Below are positions 51,960 to 63,410 of a stretch of 64,000 nt of DNA, piece by piece (the stretch's first letter is position 1; every line of letters starts with the position of its first letter). This DNA is from Octopus bimaculoides. Lineage: Eukaryota. The notes under the pieces were generated by a model. It was not told the DNA's origin. It was given only the letters and a program-made list of their open reading frames with translations, and searched no databases. The stretch covers positions 58,591,799-58,655,798 of the forward strand of contig NC_068991.1 of assembly GCF_001194135.2 (NCBI RefSeq). The letters are read 5' to 3'. The translations under genes and the position numbers were made by a program.

Positions 51960-52140
51960 AGGTCGGCTTCACAGACTACAAATGTTTGATCTGCTCGCTC
52001 GACCTAGATAGACTACGTAGGCAGGAACCCGGTTACAGAGACCGGATTAGCAAATTAGTTAAGCGGGAGTTGACAGGGTCAGTCACCAACAACAAATGGT
52101 GGGTTGCCCTGAAAAGGGCAATTAGTGTAGATACATTGCC
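51960..52140 (+). pseudogene. L1/Tx1-type ORF2 scrap (end of the AP endonuclease plus linker)
   Basis: VGFTDYKCLICSLDLDRLRRQEPG/YRDRISKLVKRELTGSVTNNKWWVALKRAI. This resembles the (S/T)DH...GPGYWKLN...W region with an internal deletion. Confidence 0.55.
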
Positions 52141-53194
52141 GCTGTATCTACGACAACGTTGTGATTACATAATACCAGTCAAATTTCCTTCTAATCACAC
52201 CGTTTCTTTTCTATTTTTTCTTAAGCGAAATGAGTGCATTGTATGATAGGAAAACTGAAAGTTTACAGCTGGTGCTAACATGGTACTTATTTATCGACCC
52301 CGAATCGATAAGATACAAAGTCGACTTCGGCAGCATTTGAACTCGAAACGTAAGAGCGGAGTAAATGCCGCTTTTAAATAGAAGCAAATAAGTTATAATA
52401 CTTACAGACCAAAAACAAGAGAAAAATTGAAATAACAAATTAAAAAATAGAAATTTGGTTACGAAACGTAATATCCGAACCAACAACGCATCGCCTGGTT
52501 TTCGACACGGCCAACCAAAGTGCATTGCTCTTAGTCACTGCTTTCTCTAGTACTACATAGCGGACGATTTATTAGAAAACACCCTATTTCCAGCAAACAT
52601 TGTCCATGTACCTCGTTAATGGAAATCAATATCGGTGTATCCAAGGTAATGGAGATCTGCTGTTATATCATATATTATCCTGTATGTACGTGTGTGTTTG
52701 TATGTGTCTGTGACATGAAACGCTGCCTTAATTCAGTTGTAATGAAGCAGCTAGCCGTTCTGTCATCAACCCTCCTCCGCCTCCTCATCCTCTTCTTCTT
52801 CTTCTTCTTCTTCTTCTTCTTCTTCTTCTTCTTCTTCTTCTTCTTCTTCTTCTTCGTATTCCCTCTACTCCACTCGTTCCCTATCTTCTGCTTTTCTATC
52901 GTCTTTCCCACTTTTCCTTTCTCTGCTTTGCTTTCCCTCTTCCCATTCCTCGCTCGTTTCTTGCATTCAGCTGTTGCCCTTCGGTACATGTCACTATTTT
53001 AATTACTAAGACCTTTCCTCTGCGAATTCACTCGCCTAACCGAAACAAATACAACTAGATTTTCATCATTCACCTGAATTCCTTGAAACGATGGTGCATT
53101 AATTGTGATTTACAACACATGTACACATACAACTGAGACACACACATATATATGCATACATTTACAAACATATATACACATATATATGTACACC

Positions 53195-53225
<31 letters not shown>

Positions 53226-53469
53226 ATAGACATGCACATATGTAGATATATTTATACATATATATGTGTGTGTACGTGTGTATGTAAATAATGCATGTAA
53301 GTATATATGAATATGTATACATTGTGGAAGATGAAGAAAATGGACCGTTGACGAACCGATCGAAAGGTTAAAGAAAGACCTAGGAAAATACCTCTTATTC
53401 ACCATTTTAATATCCGACATATTTTAAATACATTTCTAGCCATTGAACAACATAGTAAAAACAAATAAA

Positions 53470-53800
53470 CCGTACGTTAATGTATTACATCAACAATATG
53501 CACTCTAGCCAAAGAATAGTTGAACCTGTTATCAGAGAAGTCGTAAAACAGAGTAAAACATCTATGAAACCCAATCATAAACCAACTTTAATAATATATT
53601 ACACAGTCACAAAATTAAAAATCACCCCACAAGCAATAAACCACAGATCTGCAACAGAGTGAATAAACAGATGACCAAAGTAATTTCTGAATTTGTATGC
53701 AAACGTGAAAATTTATTGGTCAGAAATGTACGACACTTTTCTAAGCAACTGACCATGTATTTACAAGAAGCTCCTGCAATACCTTAAATCACACAAACCG
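53470..53800 (+). pseudogene. Penelope-like linker plus GIY-YIG relic, same lineage as 51580-51830 but opposite strand
   Basis: YYINNMHSSQRIVEPVIREVVKQSKTSMKPNHKPTLIIYYTVTKLK...FIGQKCTTL / SKQLTMYLQEA with frameshifts. Confidence 0.75.
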
Positions 53801-54533
53801 AAAGAAAAACTTTATGTAGAAATAGTGGTTTCACATTTTGGTGCAGCGCCAGCAATTTCTGGTGTGGTGGTGGAGTTCAAATGGTACTTAATTTTATTGA
53901 CCCCGAAAGGATGAAAGGTAAAGTGGACTCCGGTGGCATATGAACACAAATGGTAAAGACGGACGAAATGCCGCTAGGTATAATGTCCGTCGTGCTAACA
54001 ATTCTGCCAGCTCACCGCTTTTTTATATAACACAAGTGAGTCTCGTAACCGTCCAAGCATATGCTGGAAATATCAGATCTCGTACAATTCAAGCCAAACA
54101 ACACTGAAAAAAAGGAAGGTAGTTAGAGATACATGATTTAGGTTTAGAATCATTATTTCCGAAGAAATTACCCCATGTGCAGCAATAGAATACACTTCTT
54201 CATAGGCTTGCCCCATCATAGATGCCCTGAGACGCAACAACTCCAACATGTATACATATTGCATGTTTTATATAAACGTCGATATGCATGAATGTATATA
54301 CGTGAATGTTTACGTGCATTTATGACTGTGTTTATACGAGCGCATGTGTATGTACGTGTTTAATACAGAGCTGACTTGAAGGAAATGAGATTAGCATAGT
54401 TATCATACGTACGCACGCACACATTCACCCCCCCCCCCCCCACACACACACACACATATACAGACATGTGTGAGGATGTATGTGTGTGTGTGTGTGAAGA
54501 GAGAGAGAGTGATAAACGTTTGTTTATCACTAC

Positions 54534-54603
<70 letters not shown>

Positions 54604-55069
54604 TGGCGATAACCTACAAGGTCATGTGAGAAAATGTAATAGAAGTGGTTGGTTGCGTGTGTTACGTGTTCAGTTAGTTAATCAATGATTGACAGATATA
54701 TTCCCAATCATTGACAGCTTACCATTAACTTGGTCCCTGACTCTTTAATACTAACTTGATTAGTAGCTTTGTAATTGGTAAGTGAAATTAGCTGTTGGCT
54801 TATTGAGTCGTTCAAAGTATGTACGAATGTTAGAAGGTTAATTGAAGTGGGACTTTGTGTCGAGGCGAACTCTTTTCTAATGATTACGTACAAATGTGTT
54901 GAAACAGGTGTTAAGAATCGGAGAAGTAATTGCTCTACACAGCAATTAGTAATACTTTAATCTTTCATTTTCTAAGATCACTGTGAGCTTAATCGATAGT
55001 TTAGTGCAGAGCCTAATGGAACAGTCGATAGCTCGAACTTATGGCTATATCTTGTGTTATAATAATCCT

Positions 55070-55498
55070 TTTTATTATAGGCCCAAGGGCTTAAATATGG
55101 GGGGAGAGAGCTAGTCGATTACATCTACCCCAGTGCGTAGCTGGTATATATTTCATCGACTCTGAAAGGATGAAAGGCAAAGTCGAACTTGGCTGAATTT
55201 GAATTCAGAACATAAAGACGGACGAAATGCCGCTAAGCATTTTACTCGGCGTGCTAATAATTCTTATTTCTTTATTGCCCAGAAGGAGCTAAATATAGAG
55301 GTGACAAACAAGGACAGACAAAGGGATTAAGTTGATTGCATCGACCCCAGTGCGGAACTGGTACTTTATTTATCGACCCCGAAAGGATGAAAGGCAAAGT
55401 CGACCTCGGCGGAATTTGAACTCAGAACGTAGTGACAGACGAAATATCTCTACGCATTTCGGCCGGCGTGCTAACGTTTCTGCCAGTTCCCCGCCTTA
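55070..55498 (-). mobile_element. Family A SINE dimer
   Basis: The minus-strand junction is CTGGGCAATAAAGAAATA|AGAATTATTAGCACGCC at about 55265. Confidence 0.85.
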
Positions 55499-56329
55499 AC
55501 TTGTGTTATAATAATTTTAGCTGTTCAATCCTGTGCTAATGCTAAGCGCCTTTATGTTGCTGTTGTCGTTTTGGTGTAGGCCCTTGAGGGGCAATGTATG
55601 GGCCCGCGGTCCACATGCTACCCAAGGGCTTTCTGAATTGCATACCTAGCGAAAAATTGCCAAAATGTTTTTAGTAATGTTGCCCGCCAGATGAGGAGTC
55701 ATGTCTCCTACAACCCAATTCTCGAAAATAGTAGCCCATGAATCGTCTTGACTGTGGTTATCCTTCACTGAGCATGCACAAACTTATCTTTATCTTATTA
55801 CCTTTTATTNNNNNNNNNNNNNNNNNNNNNNNNNNNNNNNNNNNNNNNNNNNNNNNNNNNNNNNNNNNNNNNNNNNNNNNNNNNNNNNNNNNNNNNNNNN
55901 NNNNNNNNNNNNNNNNNNNNNNNNNNNNNNNNNNNNNNNNNNNNNNNNNNNNNNNNNNNNNNNNNNNNNNNNNNNNNNNNNNNNNNNNNNNNNNNNNNNN
56001 NNNNNNNNNNNNNNNNNNNNNNNNNNNNNNNNNNNNNNNNNNNNNNNNNNNNNNNNNNNNNNNNNNNNNNNNNNNNNNNNNNNNNNNNNNNNNNNNNNNN
56101 NNNNNNNNNNNNNNNNNNNNNNNNNNNNNNNNNNNNNNNNNNNNNNNNNNNNNNNNNNNNNNNNNNNNNNNNNNNNNNNNNNNNNNNNNNNNNNNNNNNN
56201 NNNNNNNNNNNNNNNNNNNNNNNNNNNNNNNNNNNNNNNNNNNNNNNNNNNNNNNNNNNNNNNNNNNNNNNNNNNNNNNACAATAATAATAATAATAATA
56301 ATAATATTAATAATAATAATAATAATAAT

Positions 56330-57090
56330 AACAGGGATAAAATCCAAAGTTGCAGGTAAAAACCCAATTAAAATCAATTTATTAAAAATTAAAATTAAAT
56401 TAAATTTCCCAGAGTAAAATATATATAAATATATAGTTTTAGCGAAAAGAACCAAGGTTCATGAACTCATCGATGAAAATCCACTGTCACAGAAAGAAAA
56501 ATTAATAATTAACAGCACAATAAATGAGTATAATATATTACAAAGTAAATGTCATAAGATAAAGATACTAAAATGACTACACGTGTTTCGTAACTAAATT
56601 TCAAATAGAAAGGAAATTTAAATCGATTAAAATCGATTAAAATTATTGAAAATCAATTCTATTAAAAAAATACAGCTAATCTTCAGGTCAAAATACAACA
56701 ATAATAATAATAAATAAAAGTATATATCAACCAACAATAAGTACTAAATGAATTTATATAAAATACTTATTGTATAAAGATAGAAAAATATTATTAAAAA
56801 TATCAAAATAATAAACATTCAATAATCAACCCTACATCCATTATAATATATGCTAACAGGTATATTATATACAAAAACCAGCTTAAATGAATTTTTATCG
56901 TTTTAAATACAATTTGAACGAAGTTTAAGGTTTAAATAATAATAAAGATAATATTAGCACATATTTAAACGATGCAATAGTTAAAGCTAGACTATTTAAG
57001 ACTAAAAACGTTTATTTAATTATCATTAAAAATCAATTGAATAATAAAAAAAATACAAGAATACTATTTTTTTTTTTTTCAAACGATGAT
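56330..57090 (-). mobile_element. Very AT-rich non-coding PLE-type terminal region carrying a hammerhead motif
   Basis: Roughly 80% AT by eye, with no ORF. It contains the type I hammerhead at 56574-56690 and borders (TAA)n at about 56282-56330. Confidence 0.55.
56574..56690 (-). ncRNA. Type I hammerhead ribozyme of the PLE (dimerising) kind, with a long loop II
   Basis: Minus RNA: UGAC CUGAAGA UUAGCUG [76 nt] UAGUUAC GAA ACACGUGU A / GUCA. It has a 4-bp stem I, a 6-bp stem II behind a U10.1-C11.1 mismatch, a palindromic stem III and a GUA triplet. Confidence 0.7.
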
Positions 57091-57096
57091 ATAAAA

Positions 57097-57198
57097 TGTT
57101 GCAGTTCAAACTGAAACTTAAACGTAAGAATCAGAACTAATTTCGAATTAACCTTTAGTTTTGATTCTTACGTTTAAGTTACAGTTTGAACTGCAACA
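57097..57198. repeat. 102-bp near-perfect palindrome (44-bp arms, 14-nt loop)
   Basis: The left arm 57097-57140 matches the reverse complement of 57155-57198 at 42 of 44 positions. Confidence 0.95.
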
Positions 57199-57199
57199 A

Positions 57200-57545
57200 A
57201 TTTTTTGGTGAGGAGTGTGCCAGTCGATTAGATCGACCTCAGTACGCAACTAGTACTTAATTTATCGACCCCGAGAGGATGAAAGATAAAGTCGAACTCG
57301 GCAGAATTTGAACTCAGAACGTAAAGACACGAAATACTTCTAAGCACTTCGCCCGGCGTGCTAAAGTGTCTACCAGCTCGCCGCCATATGTCCACGCAAA
57401 ATATCGGTTCGACAAAAGAAATTGATATTACAAGTATCAGACTTTAAGAGACATTAGTACTGGGATTGATTTTTTTCTAGTAAAATATTTTAAGACGGTG
57501 CTACAGCATGGCTGTAGTCCGTCCAATGACTGAAAGAAGGAAACG
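57200..57545. mobile_element. Family A SINE (-, about 57200-57385) followed by a family B tail (+)
   Basis: TTTATCGACCCCGAGAGGATGAAAG...GAATTTGAACTCAG...CCAGCTCGCCGCC, then GGTTCGACAAAAG...ACGGTGCTACAGCATGGCTGTAGTC...ATGACTGAAA. Confidence 0.75.
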
Positions 57546-57625
57546 ATAAAACCGGTGTCTATTAAAGGAAAAAATGGTTTATAGTGCAGTTATAGAATCC
57601 TGATTGAACGAATGAAGACGGAACA

Positions 57626-57675
57626 GAACCAAACACAAGTGTACGGAACCAAACACAAGTGTACGGAACCAAACA
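57626..57675 (+). repeat. 20-bp tandem repeat, 2.5 copies
   Basis: GAACCAAACACAAGTGTACG twice, plus GAACCAAACA. Confidence 0.9.
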
Positions 57676-57945
57676 TAATAGACCGGAAGTAGTATACAAG
57701 GATGAGAGAGAGAGAGTGAAGTAAACATGAGCAGAGAGATATGCCTATATACCCTTGAGTCTATATATTACGTCGTTTCACAAATGTATGAGGGCGCTAC
57801 GTGCGATTTATTTCGAAGTAAATAGTCCACACTAAGTATTAACCACGTAATTTATTCACCACTGAGTGAACGTCCCTTAGGCACTAGAATATCTTGTAGT
57901 TATCCACTATGATTCCTGCTTTATTGCACAGACTCCGCCATAAAT

Positions 57946-57996
<51 letters not shown>

Positions 57997-58848
57997 NNNN
58001 NNNNNNNNNNNNNNNNNNNNNNNNNNNNNNNNNNNNNNNNNNNNNNNNNNNNNNNNNNNNNNNNNNNNNNNNNNNNNNNNNNNNNNNNNNNNNNNNNNNN
58101 NNNNNNNNNNNNNNNNNNNNNNNNNNNNNNNNNNNNNNNNNNNNNNNNNNNNNNNNNNNNNNNNNNNNNNNNNNNNNNNNNNNNNNNNNNNNNNNNNNNN
58201 NNNNNNNNNNNNNNNNNNNNNNNNNNNNNNNNNNNNNNNNNNNNNNNNNNNNNNNNNNNNNNNNNNNNNNNNNNNNNNNNNNNNNNNNNNNNNNNNNNNN
58301 NNNNNNNNNNNNNNNNNNNNNNNNNNNNNNNNNNNNNNNNNNNNNNNNNNNNNNNNNNNNNNNNNNNNNNNNNNNNNNNNNNNNNNNNNNNNNNNNNNNN
58401 NNNNNNNNNNNNNNNNNNNNNNNNNNNNNNNNNNNNNNNNNNNNNNNNNNNNNNNNNNNNNNNNNNNNNNNNNNNNNNNNNNNNNNNNNNNNNNNNNNNN
58501 NNNNNNNNNNNNNNNNNNNNNNNNNNNNNNNNNNNNNNNNNNNNNNNNNNNNNNNNNNNNNNNNNNNNNNNNNNNNNNNNNNNNNNNNNNNNNNNNNNNN
58601 NNNNNNNNNNNNNNNNNNNNNNNNNNNNNNNNNNNNNNNNNNNNNNNNNNNNNNNNNNNNNNNNNNNNNNNNNNNNNNNNNNNNNNNNNNNNNNNNNNNN
58701 NNNNNNNNNNNNNNNNNNNNNNNNNNNNNNNNNNNNNNNNNNNNNNNNNNNNNNNNNNNNNNNNNNNNNNNNNNNNNNNNNNNNNNNNNNNNNNNNNNNN
58801 NNNNNNNNNNNNNNNNNNNNNNNNNNNNNATATATATATATATGTGTG

Positions 58849-58898
<50 letters not shown>

Positions 58899-59065
58899 CA
58901 TGTATATATATTCTCAATGCCATAGACTTTGAGTTAGGTGGCATCACCATTAACTAGTATATTTAATCGGCGTCGGTAAGAGGAAAGGCAAAGACATAGA
59001 TGATGACGATAACGATGAGGACGATGATGATGATGGTGATGATGATGATTATTATTATTATTATT

Positions 59066-59321
59066 TTATGTTTGACTTTTGTTTTGCATTTGTACAAGTT
59101 GGATCCAAGTCTCACCCAGAGACCTCAAGAGACAACAAGTTAGAAGTTCATGTAGGTGTTATGCCTAGGGTACCATATATTTGGATTTGTACAGTTTTGT
59201 TCAAGTGAATGTTTAAGAAACCATAAGAAAATTATGTTTGCTTTAAAATTTGAGATCACATAGACAGTATTTTACGTAGGATATGGGCAGTTCCCATGAG
59301 CACTATCTTTTGGACTTCAGC

Positions 59322-59323
<2 letters not shown>
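59066..59323 (-). mobile_element. R4/Dong-like 3' end, subfamily 3, flanked by (TAA)n on both sides
   Basis: Minus translation MAEVQKIVLMGTAHILRKILSM*, then a 3'UTR of about 190 nt and (TAA)n. Confidence 0.85.
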
Positions 59324-59375
<52 letters not shown>

Positions 59376-60238
59376 TATTATTATTATTATTATTATTGTT
59401 GTTGTTTTTGTTGTTGTTNNNNNNNNNNNNNNNNNNNNNNNNNNNNNNNNNNNNNNNNNNNNNNNNNNNNNNNNNNNNNNNNNNNNNNNNNNNNNNNNNN
59501 NNNNNNNNNNNNNNNNNNNNNNNNNNNNNNNNNNNNNNNNNNNNNNNNNNNNNNNNNNNNNNNNNNNNNNNNNNNNNNNNNNNNNNNNNNNNNNNNNNNN
59601 NNNNNNNNNNNNNNNNNNNNNNNNNNNNNNNNNNNNNNNNNNNNNNNNNNNNNNNNNNNNNNNNNNNNNNNNNNNNNNNNNNNNNNNNNNNNNNNNNNNN
59701 NNNNNNNNNNNNNNNNNNNNNNNNNNNNNNNNNNNNNNNNNNNNNNNNNNNNNNNNNNNNNNNNNNNNNNNNNNNNNNNNNNNNNNNNNNNNNNNNNNNN
59801 NNNNNNNNNNNNNNNNNNNNNNNNNNNNNNNNNNNNNNNNNNNNNNNNNNNNNNNNNNNNNNNNNNNNNNNNNNNNNNNNNNNNNNNNNNNNNNNNNNNN
59901 NNNNNNNNNNNNNNNNNNNNNNNNNNNNNNNNNNNNNNNNNNNNNNNNNNNNNNNNNNNNNNNNNNNNNNNNNNNNNNNNNNNNNNNNNNNNNNNNNNNN
60001 NNNNNNNNNNNNNNNNNNNNNNNNNNNNNNNNNNNNNNNNNNNNNNNNNNNNNNNNNNNNNNNAACCTAGAATTTCAACAACACCAACCGGGTTTTTTGT
60101 ATGATTGTATATATGTATGCATATATACGTGCAGATTCGTATGTTTTGTTTTATGTATGTATTCTCATGCATATAGTTGCATATCCAGACATGCCCATAT
60201 ATACTTAAATGATAAACTCCCGGAAAGTTTTACAGATG

Positions 60239-60269
<31 letters not shown>

Positions 60270-60918
60270 GTGTGTGTGTATGTATGTATACATGTATGTA
60301 TGTGTGTATGTATGTACGTATGCATGCGTGCATGTATAGATGTGTGTATGTATGGATGTGTGTATTTATGTATGTATGTATATATGTATGTATGTATGCA
60401 TGTGTGTGTGCGTATGTATGTATGTATGTATGTATGTATATATGTATGCATGTGTGTGTGCGTGCGTGTGTGTGCTGAAATATGGGTATTAGTGTTTGCA
60501 TTCATTTGTTTATGTATTTAAGCCATTAAAGATACCACGTGTCAGTCGACAGTGTGTAAAATAAGCCGGGAAAACTTAAATTCAAAAGGAAAAAGACAAA
60601 CAAATCAACAGCAAAAGCAGCCATTTTTAGTAAGAGAAAAAATGGCGTCTCTCTCTCTATATGTGTGTGTGTGTGTGTGTATGTGTGTGTATGTAAATAT
60701 GTGTAAATCTACTTATGTGAGTGTGTCTTTGTGTTCTGGCCTCTATGTATTGATGTGTAAGCTTGCGTATTCTACATGTAAAGCAAAGTACTTAGAACGA
60801 AACAACAAACACCTCCGCTACCAGCAGCTCCCTCTACCGGTATATTTCTTATGTACTTGATGATCTTTCTTAGCTGACTGTTAGCAGGAAATCAGTAATT
60901 ACAGACTTACTCTCTCTC

Positions 60919-60961
<43 letters not shown>

Positions 60962-61496
60962 NNNNNNNNNNNNNNNNNNNNNNNNNNNNNNNNNNNNNNN
61001 NNNNNNNNNNNNNNNNNNNNNNNNNNNNNNNNNNNNNNNNNNNNNNNNNNNNNNNNNNNNNNNNNNNNNNNNNNNNNNNNNNNNNNNNNNNNNNNNNNNN
61101 NNNNNNNNNNNNNNNNNNNNNNNNNNNNNNNNNNNNNNNNNNNNNNNNNNNNNNNNNNNNNNNNNNNNNNNNNNNNNNNNNNNNNNNNNNNNNNNNNNNN
61201 NNNNNNNNNNNNNNNNNNNNNNNNNNNNNNNNNNNNNNNNNNNNNNNNNNNNNNNNNNNNNNNNNNNNNNNNNNNNNNNNNNNNNNNNNNNNNNNNNNNN
61301 NNNNNNNNNNNNNNNNNNNNNNNNNNNNNNNNNNNNNNNNNNNNNNNNNNNNNNNNNNNNNNNNNNNNNNNNNNNNNNNNNNNNNNNNNNNNNNNNNNNN
61401 NNNNNNNNNNNNNNNNNNNNNNNNNNNNNNNNNNNNNNNNNNNNNNNNNNNNNNNNNNNNNNNNNNNNNNNNNNNNNNNNNNNNNNNNNNNNNNNN

Positions 61497-61527
<31 letters not shown>

Positions 61528-61542
61528 CTATCTTTCTGTGTG

Positions 61543-61580
<38 letters not shown>

Positions 61581-61839
61581 ACATTCTTTCTGTGTGTGTG
61601 TGTGGTTGTGTCAGTGTGTGTAATATGTTGATGATGGAAATGATGATGATGATGATGGTGGTGATGACAACACCGACGATTACAACTGATTGATTTAGTA
61701 ATAGCGGCAGTAGTGAGATTTATGTTGACGGTGATGCTGGAAGATGCGGAAGATGTGGAAGAGGTACTGATAGTGGTAGTGTTGGCGGCGGTGGTAGAGG
61801 TGGTGGTGTTGACCCTCGTCATCATGATGAGGGAGAAGT

Positions 61840-61841
61840 GT

Positions 61842-61882
<41 letters not shown>

Positions 61883-61939
61883 CTGCTGCTGCTGCTGCCG
61901 CTGCTGCTGCCGCTGCCGGTGGTGCTGGTGGTGGTTGTG

Positions 61940-61984
<45 letters not shown>

Positions 61985-62222
61985 ATAGAAGAAGGAAAAG
62001 AAGAAGAAGAAGAAGAAGAAGAAAAGGAAGACGAACAAGAAAAAAAGAAGAACAAGAAGAACAAGAAGAAGAACAAGTACAAGAACAAGAAGAAAACAAC
62101 AACAACAACAACAAGAGCAAGAAGAAGAAGAAGAAGAAGAAGAAGAAGAAGAAGAAGAAGAAGAAGAAGAAGAAGAAGAAGAAGAAGAAGAAGAAGAAGA
62201 AGAAGAAGAAGAAGAAGAAGAA
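61840..62222. repeat. Compound (TAG)n/(CTG)n/(AAG)n microsatellite running into a gap
   Basis: Direct reading; this is the source of the poly-V/E/K/R ORF. Confidence 0.95.
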
Positions 62223-63377
62223 NNNNNNNNNNNNNNNNNNNNNNNNNNNNNNNNNNNNNNNNNNNNNNNNNNNNNNNNNNNNNNNNNNNNNNNNNNNNNN
62301 NNNNNNNNNNNNNNNNNNNNNNNNNNNNNNNNNNNNNNNNNNNNNNNNNNNNNNNNNNNNNNNNNNNNNNNNNNNNNNNNNNNNNNNNNNNNNNNNNNNN
62401 NNNNNNNNNNNNNNNNNNNNNNNNNNNNNNNNNNNNNNNNNNNNNNNNNNNNNNNNNNNNNNNNNNNNNNNNNNNNNNNNNNNNNNNNNNNNNNNNNNNN
62501 NNNNNNNNNNNNNNNNNNNNNNNNNNNNNNNNNNNNNNNNNNNNNNNNNNNNNNNNNNNNNNNNNNNNNNNNNNNNNNNNNNNNNNNNNNNNNNNNNNNN
62601 NNNNNNNNNNNNNNNNNNNNNNNNNNNNNNNNNNNNNNNNNNNNNNNNNNNNNNNNNNNNNNNNNNNNNNNNNNNNNNNNNNNNNNNNNNNNNNNNNNNN
62701 NNNNNNNNNNNNNNNNNNNNNNNNNNNNNNNNNNNNNNNNNNNNNNNNNNNNNNNNNNNNNNNNNNNNNNNNNNNNNNNNNNNNNNNNNNNNNNNNNNNN
62801 NNNNNNNNNNNNNNNNNNNNNNNNNNNNNNNNNNNNNNNNNNNNNNNNNNNNNNNNNNNNNNNNNNNNNNNNNNNNNNNNNNNNNNNNNNNNNNNNNNNN
62901 NNNNNNNNNNNNNNNNNNNNNNNNNNNNNNNNNNNNNNNNNNNNNNNNNNNNNNNNNNNNNNNNNNNNNNNNNNNNNNNNNNNNNNNNNNNNNNNNNNNN
63001 NNNNNNNNNNNNNNNNNNNNNTATATATTTATAAGCAACTTTGAACATATACATACACACAAATCTGTGAACCCACACACACACATATATATATATATAT
63101 AAATTTATGTACGCACATACACATATACACACACCACAGGCACACATACACACATGCACACATGTATATATATATATATGTATGTATGTGTGTGTGTCAT
63201 ATGTATATTTACATATATATATATACATACATACAAACATACATACACACGAATCTGTGAACACATGTATGAATAAATAAATGTAAGTACGGACAAACGC
63301 ACAGGCATACACACACATACACACACACGCACATACACGCACACATTTGATATATATATATATATATGTATTTATGA

Positions 63378-63410
<33 letters not shown>

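Noticed and set aside
57626-57675. Short direct repeats that might suggest a CRISPR array
   Set aside because: The units are contiguous with no spacers, there are no cas genes, and the context is eukaryotic.
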